Shown here: piece by piece, positions 41,184 to 52,520 of the stretch
How the letters are laid out: every line of letters begins with the position of its first letter
Numbering within the stretch: the stretch's first letter is position 1
DNA from: Rhina ancylostomus
Taxonomy: Eukaryota
Length of the DNA: 63,900 nt
NCBI GenBank assembly: GCA_030265395.1
Contig: JARFYF010000046.1
Location: 21,222,925-21,286,824 of the forward strand
Reading direction: 5' to 3'
The notes under the pieces: generated by a model
What the model saw: only the letters and a program-made list of their open reading frames with translations
Databases searched by the model: none
What the model was told of the DNA's origin: nothing
Program-made: the position numbers and the translations under genes

Positions 41184-43700
41184 GTCCAAATGCTATGTGA
41201 TGCCGTCTAGTTCACCCTTCAGAGAACTCAACAATATAATAAAACCAAGTGACCCTCTTGCACTGCTGCCTCTTGCACTTGCGCCAAACTATGAAGTCTC
41301 CAGTTCCCTGGAAAATGCATCAGCCTGGATCAGCCCAGTGTGACATTAGAAGATCTCCCATAGTGAATTGAAATAAACCATAAAACATAAGCATAGTCCA
41401 GTCATTTTTTCCAAACCAAAGTTGCAGCTGCCAGGGCAGATGCTCTTCATGTCAGAGCTGATATACTGCAGCTACTGCTTCCAGTGGAGAACACTCCTCA
41501 CAGGGACCTTCAGAAAATCTGCTTGGCCTGTGAATTCTCTGTAAAGGGCAGTGGTGTAGGGCAAAACCACATCATCTTCTGCTTTACTGTTCTTCCATTC
41601 ATGCTGTGCTGCATCTTTTTCTCCTGTCGAAATTGCACGTGGGAATTCCCATTGGGAATGGCTTGGAATTCTGAACCTCCTACTGTGGGTGGGAACAAAA
41701 AGAGTCCAGAGGTCCCTTTGCAACCCAAGGTCCAATGAGTTGCAGAGTTTTTTTTGAAAAAGGTCTGGAAAAATCTTGTGACAATTTTCTCGAGCTGCTG
41801 ACTCCAGGCCCCGTTCAATATGTTCAGCCTATGCTAACAGCACCTCAGCCACCTCACTGATATCATTCCAACTTCTGCCGAGAACTCTGTCCCAACATCT
41901 ACCACTCCTGATGTCAGCTCATTTATGTCTGTGAGCAGGTTAGGTATAGGCTGCCCTGAAATAAGAAAAGTTAATGCCAGTTCAGAAAAGAAACTGCTTC
42001 AGTTCCAGAAACTACCACTAGAAATGCCACTACAGTGAAATTACACACTGTATAACTTTCTGGTGGCTGAAATGGTGGTACTATTTAAAACACTGCAACA
42101 TAGAGGGGTAAGGCTTCAATCTCTCCACTTTGCAGACCCCTTTTTACCTCAGTTGACCATGCAACGGGATTGTCCAGCAATAGTCAGGGGTCTGCAGAGG
42201 GGGATGAAGTGAATGTACTTGCACTCTGTCCTTCATGCAGCTAACTGAAATATTAGCTCTACCTTCCGTCTACATAAGATTCCACATTCTCATAGCTTTC
42301 GAAGGAATATGACTGAGTGTGGAGAATCCAAGGAAATTTAGAAAAAAGAAAAATGATACCCTTTAAACAAGTTTTGTTTAATGAGGTAAGTAATTATAGT
42401 TAATACTTAATGTGATTACTCTAAGTGAAGCCATTATTAAGAGAAATTAAAATTATATGCAGTGTCACTAATCAGCAACATAAGAATAGGGACCAGTGGT
42501 GAAATGACACCTTCCTTCCACTGAAATACTGGTTGAGTTTTGTAGTTGACAGCTTCATCTTACAACCTTTTGCCATTTATCACTTAACATATGCAGACTT
42601 CATGCAATGAACCATTATATTACACTTCAAAATGCTCAGCATCCCAAGGCTCACTGAAATGCTTCATCAACCACCATTAGTTTTTAAATCCTAATGGTGT
42701 ATTGTAATTACTCTAATATATATTAAAAAGAAATGAATGGTTGTACAATGATTTCAGAGAAGTGTGAGAATCTTGGCAGTAACCAGGCTGTTTATGCAGT
42801 AAGCTGCCAAGACAGAGCAACCAGATGAAGTCCCCTGTCTGTTGTGGACAAGCCTGGGTAGTGCTGGGGCTGCTGCATTTTCTTTCAAAGCCCTTGGCTT
42901 GGGAAAGAAGTTTACGAATCATTCCCATAGAGCCATGTCTTTGCATAAATTCAACACTTCTTGAGGGGTAAAAGCCATAGCACACATTAAGCAACAATAA
43001 TTCATCAAGAGGAATGACCTGGAATTCAAGTTTAGCTTTCTTCATTTCCACATCGAATGATAAGGCCAAGAGATGGAGCTTGGTCCACATTGGCCAATGA
43101 ATGCATTGAAATTAATTTCTGCTATTTCACACCACTGTACCTGTTTGAATCCATACTAACGTCCCACTATCCCCTTCCCTCCTCTTAACCCCACTTCCTT
43201 CTGAGGAAATGTAAGTTATTTGGCAAAATTTCAAATTGTATTTAGCTTATCTTGTTCCTTGATGCGCTGCTGGCAGACTGGAGTCAAAGGCGAGGTGATG
43301 ACTGCAGAAAGTCTGCAGCTTGGTTCTCCCACAGAAGTAGATTTGTGTCTGCTCTTGTCTCCTTTTGTAACTGTCCCTAAAACAGATGGCAATTCTCAGC
43401 CTGAGTTATTTCGCAACATGCTGCCCATCTCCCTCTCCTCCACTGAAGCATTTTAAGGTTTGTGTCCATTGGTTATGAGAGTACTTGAGCTGGAGACGTT
43501 TGCATCTAAACATTGCACTGCAGGAAACACTGACCAGCACTCAAGAGGGGAAATCCTGGCTAATTTCTTTTTCTTTAATATTTTTCCCCTTCTCCTTACT
43601 CCGTTAATGGTGAAGCCAATTTTAACACCTTGGCCATCTTGGTAAGTTAGCACCAAGCAGGTATCAAACCTACCACATCCCTGCTCTTTATAGTTCATGT
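40873..43700 (-). pseudogene. Decayed multi-exon protein-coding gene of unassigned identity
   Basis: Three colinear minus-strand blocks (~43700-42750, ~42312-42030, 41955-40873) with long protein-like frames broken by isolated stops and frameshifts. Strong acceptor cattaacttttcttatttcag| at 41956. Blocks are separated by AT-rich intron-like spacers. No transposon motifs recognised. Confidence 0.6.
41155..41182. repeat. (GT)n microsatellite
   Basis: Directly visible; interrupts the putative pseudogene. Confidence 0.95.
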
Positions 43701-44100
43701 TTCNNNNNNNNNNNNNNNNNNNNNNNNNNNNNNNNNNNNNNNNNNNNNNNNNNNNNNNNNNNNNNNNNNNNNNNNNNNNNNNNNNNNNNNNNNNNNNNNN
43801 NNNGTTTCACCATGCTGTAAAACTTGCCCATTGGGGCTCCCAGCTGTTGGTACTTAACGTACTCTTGCAATACCCAGAAACCACAAGTTAGAGACTTAAA
43901 GTTGCCCAGTGATAAACAATTAGAATAAACAGAACTGTGATGGAAGAATTTCCATAAGCTAAAGAAAGTTCCAACAGCTGGATGAGAAGTGTGGTGTCTG
44001 CAGGTACTCTGGTGCTGCTACCTACTCAGGCAAATAACACACATTAAACTACCAGCAAAACATTCTTTATTTGATGACCGTCAAGTCACAACTAACAGCA

Positions 44101-44225
44101 GTCCTGATGCAGGGTCTCGGCAACTAACAGCAGTCCTGATGCAGGGTCTTGACCTAAAACTTCGACCATCCCTCTGCCTCCACAGAAGCTGCTTGACCTG
44201 CTGAGTTTCTCCAGCAGTTTATCGC
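44101..44225 (+). mobile_element. Penelope-derived short insertion with 15-bp target-site duplication
   Basis: Flanked by TCACAACTAACAGCA at 44086-44100 and 44226-44240, with an internal duplication of about 32 bp. Confidence 0.8.
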
Positions 44226-44444
44226 TCACAACTAACAGCATCAGCTGTATAGGAATTAATTTCAGATGGCAGAATCTGTTCTTAATCTATGTGAATTGTC
44301 ATATTATGAGAAGCCTTTGACAAACTAAATCTTACTCTGTGCATGTGTTTTAAATTTTCTTTGTCTAACAAGAAAATTGAAATTATTATCTTGTTTTAAT
44401 ATAAACATAATGAGTTGGAGATGATTTTCTCCTGCAGTTCTACA

Positions 44445-44458
44445 CTGCCACCTAGTGT
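44445..44458 (-). promoter_or_regulatory. Candidate CTCF core motif
   Basis: Minus strand reads ACACTAGGTGGCAG, one mismatch to CCACTAGGTGGCAG. Confidence 0.35.
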
Positions 44459-46617
44459 TAGTATGGTGTTAGTATTAACCGTGTATAAATTATTCCATCA
44501 TAGAAGCTGCCCACTTTACACTCAAACTGCATTGATAAATATTATCATTTTGCTCTTGTTCTTGATTATTTTTCCTCTGTAGCACCATATTTCTGGCAAA
44601 GGGGTCTGAACATCCTACTCATCACTAGTCTTGCTATATCTAGACATGTATTGTTCGGTGCATCTTTAATACAGCAATGCTGCCTCAAGAAATAGGTACT
44701 AAAATGTTTCTACCATCACATTCCATTCTGAACTGCCCATCTCACAATTAGATAGAGGTAGTTGGCTATAACGAAGCTTTCCATTGCCATTCCCCATCAC
44801 TATCATTCCATTAGTGGGCCTAAATGGACTACAGCCACTGTCTCGGCCCCAAGTTTTGGATTTACACTCCTACACATCTCTACCTCTGNNNNNNNNNNNN
44901 NNNNNNNNNNNNNNNNNNNNNNNNNNNNNNNNNNNNNNNNNNNNNNNNNNNNNNNNNNNNNNNNNNNNNNNNNNNNNNNNNNNNNNNNCCTTAAACTCTG
45001 CTTTTTTATAATCAGGTTTTTTAGTCAGCCCATTTGGACTCTTTCATTGCTCAGTGTGAAATTTAGTTCCGGTCACAGTCCTGTAAAGTGCCTTGAATCC
45101 CTGCAACATAAGTGTAAGTTCTAGCTGTTAAATTGGAACCAAATGCAGAGGTGGATTTTGCATAGATGAAGTGCTGAAATTACAGTAGCTCTCTATAAAT
45201 AATTTACTTTCTAGTGTTCAGCTCTAGAGTGCACATCAATGGTTCTGCCTGTTGGACAGCAGGAATGGTGCTAGAGTAAACCATTGGCACTCTGAATGCT
45301 CGTATATGTCCTTGGAGAAACACAGTGCAGCCCACTACCAGCATCTGTAGAAGTACTATTCAATTTTGCTCTGGAGAATTGATCACTGTACCCTGAGGAT
45401 GGAGGTGACGATATGAGGAAGAGGAATGAGACCCTCTATCTCCATCTTGTGAGGACCTTGCCCAGAAAGATAAGGTCAAGGAATCCCAGTGTGGAGATCA
45501 GAAAGAAATTGTGAGGAAAACCTCTACCCTTGTACCAGCACTCCTCCCACCACCGATCGCCAAAACCCAAAATGTCATGAGAGCCTTTCTCTAAACTTTA
45601 TGTATATTGCCTGTAACAGAAATATTACTCTTCTATTTTATCAGCTCCTATAAATTTCATATTCCCGAAAGGATAAACTCTGAAGTCTTGATGAATTATA
45701 ATTTGAGAGGAATATTCCCTAATGATTCAAATAATTTCAAATGCTAGGCCTGTGGTTAATTATTTTCTCTATCTACCCTCTCCTCTGTGATGTCAGTCTG
45801 TACAGTGGCTCTCACCTCACTGATGCTTCTGCCATTGTCACTCAGGGTATCACTTCCAATAATCTTTCACTTCAGTGGTTGGGATTTAGGGGTGAGTGTG
45901 AAATTGCTGCTGGGTCAAGATATGAAGTTCCTTCAATCGCATCCAACAGACAATACTGAAGTGCTCTTAGGAAATAGATTTATTGTCAAATCTCTTGCGG
46001 TGTATTGGCATCTGCTAACACTCCCAGCACATGCTGGCCTTGTCCATAGGCTCCTCTGCTACCAGTTAGTTTCCACACAGACTAAATGATCTGAGTGGTA
46101 GAACTGGTTAGTCAGACGTGCCAAGGCATCCACTGAAGCTACGACTGCTATCCCTCTGGAGGCTGAAACTGTCCATAGAATTGACGTATAAAACAGAAGC
46201 TGAAGAAAGTTTGTTGGCCTCTGAGACTGATGTCAATAACATCAGGGCTGATCTCAAGAACCAGTTCTCTTTCTGAGTACATTCATTCCCTAACTATCTG
46301 AGTGTCAGTCAGTCAGTCCCCAATGTGCCAATTGACATTTAGCTTCATCTCCGTCTGATGCCCGCTAATTGTGGATGTTTCGGCCAAGGGAAACAACATC
46401 AGTATCTACCATGTCCAACCCTTTAAACCTTTTAAAGAGGTCACTCCTCACCTTTATGACGCCTAAGAAATATAGGCCTAGTGTTCTCAATCTCTGCTCA
46501 CAGACAAATTCCCCAAACCAGAAATCAGTCTCGTGAACCTTTGTTGCATCCTCTGGGAAGGATCCAATCTTGCCAAAGCTTGCTCACTTATCTATATCGG
46601 GTGGGGTNNNNNNNNNN

Positions 46618-46900
46618 TGCCGGCAACTTAATCCATGCCATAAACCCTCTCTACCGCGCGTTTACGTGATTAAACCTTCACGTTTCACTTGAAAGTCTCC
46701 CACTGGTTCTTTTGGCGGGAGGGGAAGGCACTCAGGCGAAACACTTTTGCTTCTGGGCTGCGGAGAGCCGGGAACGGGTCCGCACAATCCTTCGCGCCTT
46801 CTGCACCCTGGAGGGGACCCGGTGGTTACACTCACGGGGGGGGGGAGGGGGTCAGTTCTGGGAATCTTGAATCTTACAGGATCCGTTTCAGGAATCTTGA
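46618..46900. promoter_or_regulatory. Small CpG-enriched promoter/enhancer-like patch
   Basis: Many CpGs against a CpG-depleted background; TTTGGCGGG and TTCGCGCC (E2F-like) and TTCTGGGAA (STAT/GAS-like) motifs. Confidence 0.45.
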
Positions 46901-47544
46901 GTAATTAATCTGGGAGCATCATCTTTTTATGATGGTCAATAATATGCCCGCATCAAACACGTTCCAACAAGTTGTTTTAAATGACCCTTGGTAATTATAG
47001 TCTCTTTGTGGGAGAAGTTATAAACCAACAGTTTTACACAAAATCTGTTGGATGAGTTTCTGAGCCTTGAGACTGAGGTGAGTGGCTGGAAAGAGGAGTC
47101 TTGAAGTGGTGGGGGCAGGGTGTGCTTAGGCTGAAGCCCCTTGGTGAGTCATATTCAAACCCAGCTCTGACGCAGTTCAATTTTAAGTTCCAATCATCTG
47201 TTTAATATACTTGGATTTCCAACTGAAGATGAGTTTGAATTCACAAGATCACAAGACAAAGGAGCAGAAGTAGGCCATTCGGCCCATCAAGTCTACTCCA
47301 TGAACTAAACTGAACTATTCCTATCTAGCCCTAANNNNNNNNNNNNNNNNNNNNNNNNNNNNNNNNNNNNNNNNNNNNNNNNNNNNNNNNNNNNNNNNNN
47401 NNNNNNNNNNNNNNNNNNNNNNNNNNNNNNNNNNCTTACCTTAAACCTGTACCCTCTATACACCTCTGTGAATGGGCCATCTTTTCTACTTACCCTATCT
47501 AAGCCATTCATAGTTCTGTATACCTTAATCAGGTCCTCCTAATG

Positions 47545-47935
47545 TGCAGGATCAAAAGAGGCTGCAAAGGATTGTAGACTCAGCCACCTCCATCATGGGC
47601 ACAACCCTCCCTGCCAAAGGACATTAAGAAGACAGCATCCATCATTAAGGACTCTCACCACCTGGGATATGCCCTCTTCACATTACTACTGTCAGGGAGG
47701 AGGTAAGGGAGTCTGAAGACCCACACTCAATGTTACAGGAACTTCTTCCCCTCTGCCATCAGATTTCTGAATGGTCCAGGAACCCATGAACACGACTTTG
47801 TTACTCCTTTTTCACACTACTTATTTTTAGAACATAGTAATTTTTATGTCTTCATGTCTTGCTCTGTACAGCAGCCATAAAACAAAAAAATTCACAACAT
47901 ATGTCAGTGATAAAAAAATGTGATTCTGATTCTAT
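47545..47935 (+). mobile_element. Rex1/Babar-like LINE 3' fragment
   Basis: aggctgcaaagggattgtagactcagcc...atcattaaggactctcaccacc...ttcttcccctctgccatcagatttctgaatg, ending in a gattctgattct tail. Confidence 0.7.
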
Positions 47936-48935
47936 CAGTCTCCTCTACTCCAGGTAAAATAAGCCTAACCTATCAAAGTTGAAACACTCCATCCCAGGCA
48001 ACATCATGGTGACTCCACAATCTGTGGGAGGAACTCAGTGGGTCAAGCAGTGTTTGTGGGGGGGGGGAAAAGTAATTCACAAGATCACAAGACAAAGGAA
48101 CATAAATAGGCCTTTCGGTCCATTGAGTCTGCTCCATGAGCTAAACTAAACCATTCCTATCTAGCCCTAATTTCTGGCCTTTTCCCCATATCCCTTGATA
48201 CCTTGACTAATTAGAATCCTATCTATCTCCTCCTTGAACACCCCCAATGATCGGGCCTCCACAGCTGTATTTAGCAAAGAGTTCCATAAATCCATGACCT
48301 TTAAGCTACAGAAATTTCTCCTCATTTCTGTTCTAAATGGGTACTGTTAAATGGGAGACGATTTGTATGCAGGATGTTTATGAAGGCAACAATGTGGAGA
48401 AACCCCACTGAGTTCACATGTGGATGGAGAGATTAGTGCTGCTGGAATCATGCTGATTGGTAAGACTTATTTAAATTATGAAAGCTTTGGTTTTGTTTTT
48501 TAAAGCATATTTACTGAGGATTATTAGGGAAGTAAGATTGTTCCAAAAAGCATCCTCTAATAACATGTTTCAAGAGTCACATTTTCTTTTTGCCCCATTT
48601 TGTGGCTTTATCACTGGGACTTTGCATGTTCACTTTAGTGCTGGTTGGAAGCGGAACTGACGAATATCGACCAGAACTGGGGAAGCCCTGGTGATCTTTC
48701 TCCCTCTAGAATGAACTCGTGTTCATTGGGGTACAGTAGCATAGTGGTACAGGGGAACCTCTTGTGCCCTGACTAATCCCACCTGCAGACTGGTCTACAA
48801 ATTAAAAGCTCACAGGAACCAAGGAAGAGTGGTAAATTGAATCCACAACTAGTCCAAGGGCAGGAAACAAGGGCAAATGGCTAACTGGATAGCTGTTGCC
48901 AGTAGCATTCCACAGGGATCCATAGTTAGTCCCTT

Positions 48936-49580
48936 TGTCACGTACCAGCAACAACCGGGACACACTGAGACATGTAGAAGTGTTAAAAACTACTTTATTA
49001 ATAACTACTTATGATAATAAGTAAAATAAAAGTAAAAATGTTANNNNNNNNNNNNNNNNNNNNNNNNNNNNNNNNNNNNNNNNNNNNNNNNNNNNNNNNN
49101 NNNNNNNNNNNNNNNNNNNNNNNNNNNNNNNNNNNNNNNNNNNNNNNNNNNNNNNNNNNNNNNNNNNNNNNNNNNNNNNNNNNNNNNNNNNNNNNNNNNN
49201 NNNNNNNNNNNNNNNNNNNNNNNNNNNNNNNNNNNNNNNNNNNNNNNNNNNNNNNNNNNNNNNNNNNNNNNNNNNNNNNNNNNNNNNNNNNNNNNNNNNN
49301 NNNNNNNNNNNNNNNNNNNNNNNNNNNNNNNNNNNNNNNNNNNNNNNNNNNNNNNNNNNNNNNNNNNNNNNNNNNNNNNNNNNNNNNNNNNNNNNNNNNN
49401 NNNNNNNNNNNNNNNNNNNNNNNNNNNNNNNNNNNNNNNNNNNNNNNNNNNNNNNNNNNNNNNNNNNNNNNNNNNNNNNNNNNNNNNNNNNNNNNNNNNN
49501 NNNNNNNTAAGCTCACCACACACACACTCACACACACACTATCTAAAAGGGACACTCACTAATAGTCCTAGTCCGTAACA
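48936..49580. mobile_element. Probable solo LTR (TG...CA), mostly inside an assembly gap
   Basis: Begins TGTCACG and ends CGTAACA (imperfect terminal inverted repeat); flanked by CR1 pieces on both sides. Confidence 0.5.
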
Positions 49581-50304
49581 ATAGATTTAAAGTAACTGGA
49601 AGAAGGATTAGAATGGAGGTGAGGAAAAATGTTTTCCACTAGAGGCTGGAACTCAGCACAAGAAAGAGTGGAAAGGGCAGAAACCATCACATATAAAAAT
49701 TATTTTGATGTGTGCTTGAAAAGCTGTGACCTGCAGGACTAGGGAGCTAATTCTGGAAGGTGGGATTAGGCAGGGTAACTCTTTCAGCTAGCAAAGTCTC
49801 ACTGGGCTGAATGACCTTGTCATTACAATTCCTCATGTCTTCTGCCACACAATAGCTGTTAATGTGTAGTGACAGCATTTTTCATTTGAAAACATTTAGC
49901 CTGCTTTTTATTCCTTGGAAGCTGAATTTTCCAATGTCCAAAGTAAAAAATGTTATTAAAAATTTTAAGTACACTTTTCTCATACATCTAAATGTATTAA
50001 GTGAATTGTCTTTTTTTTAACCATGTTAAGTGTTAATTAACGTTTCAACTTGAAGGCCTCAATCACTCCTAAAGTCCTTTGCATTTCAAGGTAAAATCTT
50101 GACATTTTTACTTGGAGTTTGGCAATGCACACTGGAAAGTTGGCTGAACAATTGGATTGTGTGGTCTAGCTAACTTCCCAGGGTGCATCAATACTACTGG
50201 GTCAACTTTCTTTCATAATCCTATTCCTGAGAAAATCCTGATGAGACATTTCCAAAGTTTTTTTTCCCCAGTTGAAATTATGTTTCATATTTAGAAATAA
50301 ACTG

Positions 50305-50443
50305 GTGTGTGTGTGTGTGTGAGAGAGANNNNNNNNNNNNNNNNNNNNNNNNNNNNNNNNNNNNNNNNNNNNNNNNNNNNNNNNNNNNNNNNNNNNNNNN
50401 NNNNNNNNNNNNNNNNNNNNNNNNNNNNTTTATAAATAATGTG

Positions 50444-50515
<72 letters not shown>
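50305..50515. repeat. (GT)n(GA)n compound microsatellite around a 100-N gap
   Basis: Directly visible. Confidence 0.9.
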
Positions 50516-50517
<2 letters not shown>

Positions 50518-51599
50518 ATGAGTAAGAACATGACAAACATTTTTCCTATTCCTTTTAAAAAAATTCATAAAATCTACTAAGTTGAGATCTGAGGTAAAAT
50601 AAAATATGGTAAATTGGGTAACTAAATTTCTCGTTACATAGCATCTTACCCATAAGGTAAAGCTTCTAAATACCAAAAACCATGAGGCAAGCTGTTCATT
50701 CCAGTTTCTGAATAAAACTATATAAACCAGTTAAGATATTGTTAGGTTTTCTGATTTCTATCACTGGATCATTTTGCTGTATAAAATTAAGAACAGTCAA
50801 TTCAGTGGAGCATTCCTTGGCCTAACTGAAGTACTTATCTATACCAAGGTGTTCACTTTCCATTCTCTTGATAGATTCTGTTCAGTTCTAATTATCAGGA
50901 AATACAGGTAATCCCTGGTGTGTACACACACTGCCTCTCTCTCTAGTCCTCTAGTAGTTTACAGTGGAGAGACTGTGAAGTTTTCTTTTGTTGATTAAAA
51001 CTGAAACAGAAAATCAGTACTTTCTTTATTCCTTCATTGTGGAGATACTACTAGCAACACTGGCATTTATTACCCATCCTTAATTCTCCTGGATGGGGAA
51101 GACAGTTAAGAATCAACCACATTGATGTTTCTGGAGTTGCATGTAAACCATACGGGGTAAGGATTACAGATTTACTTCCTCAAAGGACACAACTGAACTG
51201 GATGGATAACTTCAAGGTTATCATTACTGAGGCACTTTTGTTTGTGTAATTGCAGATTTATTTCATTAATTTAAATTCCCTGGCTGCCACGGTGCAATTT
51301 GAACTCCTAATTCTGAATCAATGGCCCTGGATCTGGCTGCCAGTTCTGTAACTTAACCCCTATAGTACTGTATACTCTTATCCATTGGTTGAATTATAAC
51401 CACAGGAAAAAAATATGGCTAAAGGTTAATGTGTATTTTTGTTACAGTACTTTTCACTGAACAAGTTCCCTTTTTTGAAAACAATTCTACAAACATGCAC
51501 AGAATGAACTACCTTTAATTTCACAAAAGACGTAATCAAAAGTAGGGACCTGGAGTGAAAAATGATACTAGACATGACCAAAACACTAGTCACAACGCA

Positions 51600-52520
51600 G
51601 GGATGGTCTTGAAGGCAGAAGTTATGAGCTGGAGGAGTTTAAAGAATCCAGATCCAAGACACTAATGAGGGGACATAGCTACAAGATTAAGGGGTGGTCA
51701 TTTGAAACTTAATTGCATAGGGTGGTAAATCTCTGAAATTCTCTACCCCAGGGGGTTGTGGAGGTGAGATCCCATTGGGGGTATTTGAAGATGAAGCAGA
51801 TAAATTTGTGAACCATCTGAGAATCGAGTCTTGGGGAGACCATGGGGCTACGCGTGGAAGAGAACTGGGGCTGATCAGCCATGGTCAAATGGAAAGGCAG
51901 TGAAAGTTTGAGGGAGCAAGTGGCCTACTCCTGTTATTTTCTGTTATATTTTGTGGTCCTTGAACCATCTGCTACCGAAAACACCTTTTCTCTACTTTAG
52001 CTAAACCCATCCTAATCTTGTACACTTTCATAAAATCTTTTCTTAATCCTCTTTAATCCAAGGAGAATAAACCAAATGTTTCCACTATAACCTCCCTTGA
52101 ACCAAATTAGTAAATGTTTTCTACACCTTCTCAAGGCCCTTCACATCCTTCTTGAAGTGTGCTGACCAGAACTGGATGCAATATACCAGTTGTGGCCTAA
52201 CCAATGTTTTGTAAACATTCAGCATGCAATGGACTCAAAAAGCAAGGCTGCCATATGCTTTACTAACAGTGCCCTAACATGTTCTGCCACATTCAAATAT
52301 TTATGCACTTGTACAGCCTCTGCTCTGGACATCCTTTGTTCAAGGTTGTCACTCCTCATTCTTTCTGCCAAAATGTACCGTACCACATCATGCTTCTGTA
52401 ATGAAAAATTTCATCTACCACTTGTATGCCCATTCTGTCAACCGATGTCTTCTTACAGTCTTTAACACCATTCATCACACCAAGTTTTGTGTCATCTGTA
52501 AATGTTTAAATTTTTCTTTG
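51600..52520. mobile_element. Two CR1 fragments in opposite orientation
   Basis: About 51600-51935 on + (C-terminal part and tail) and 51980-52520 on - (ccagaactggatgcaata = reverse of YCIQFW). Confidence 0.65.

Noticed and set aside
48998-49562. Long ORFs spanning N-runs
   Set aside because: Open only because Ns contain no stop codons.
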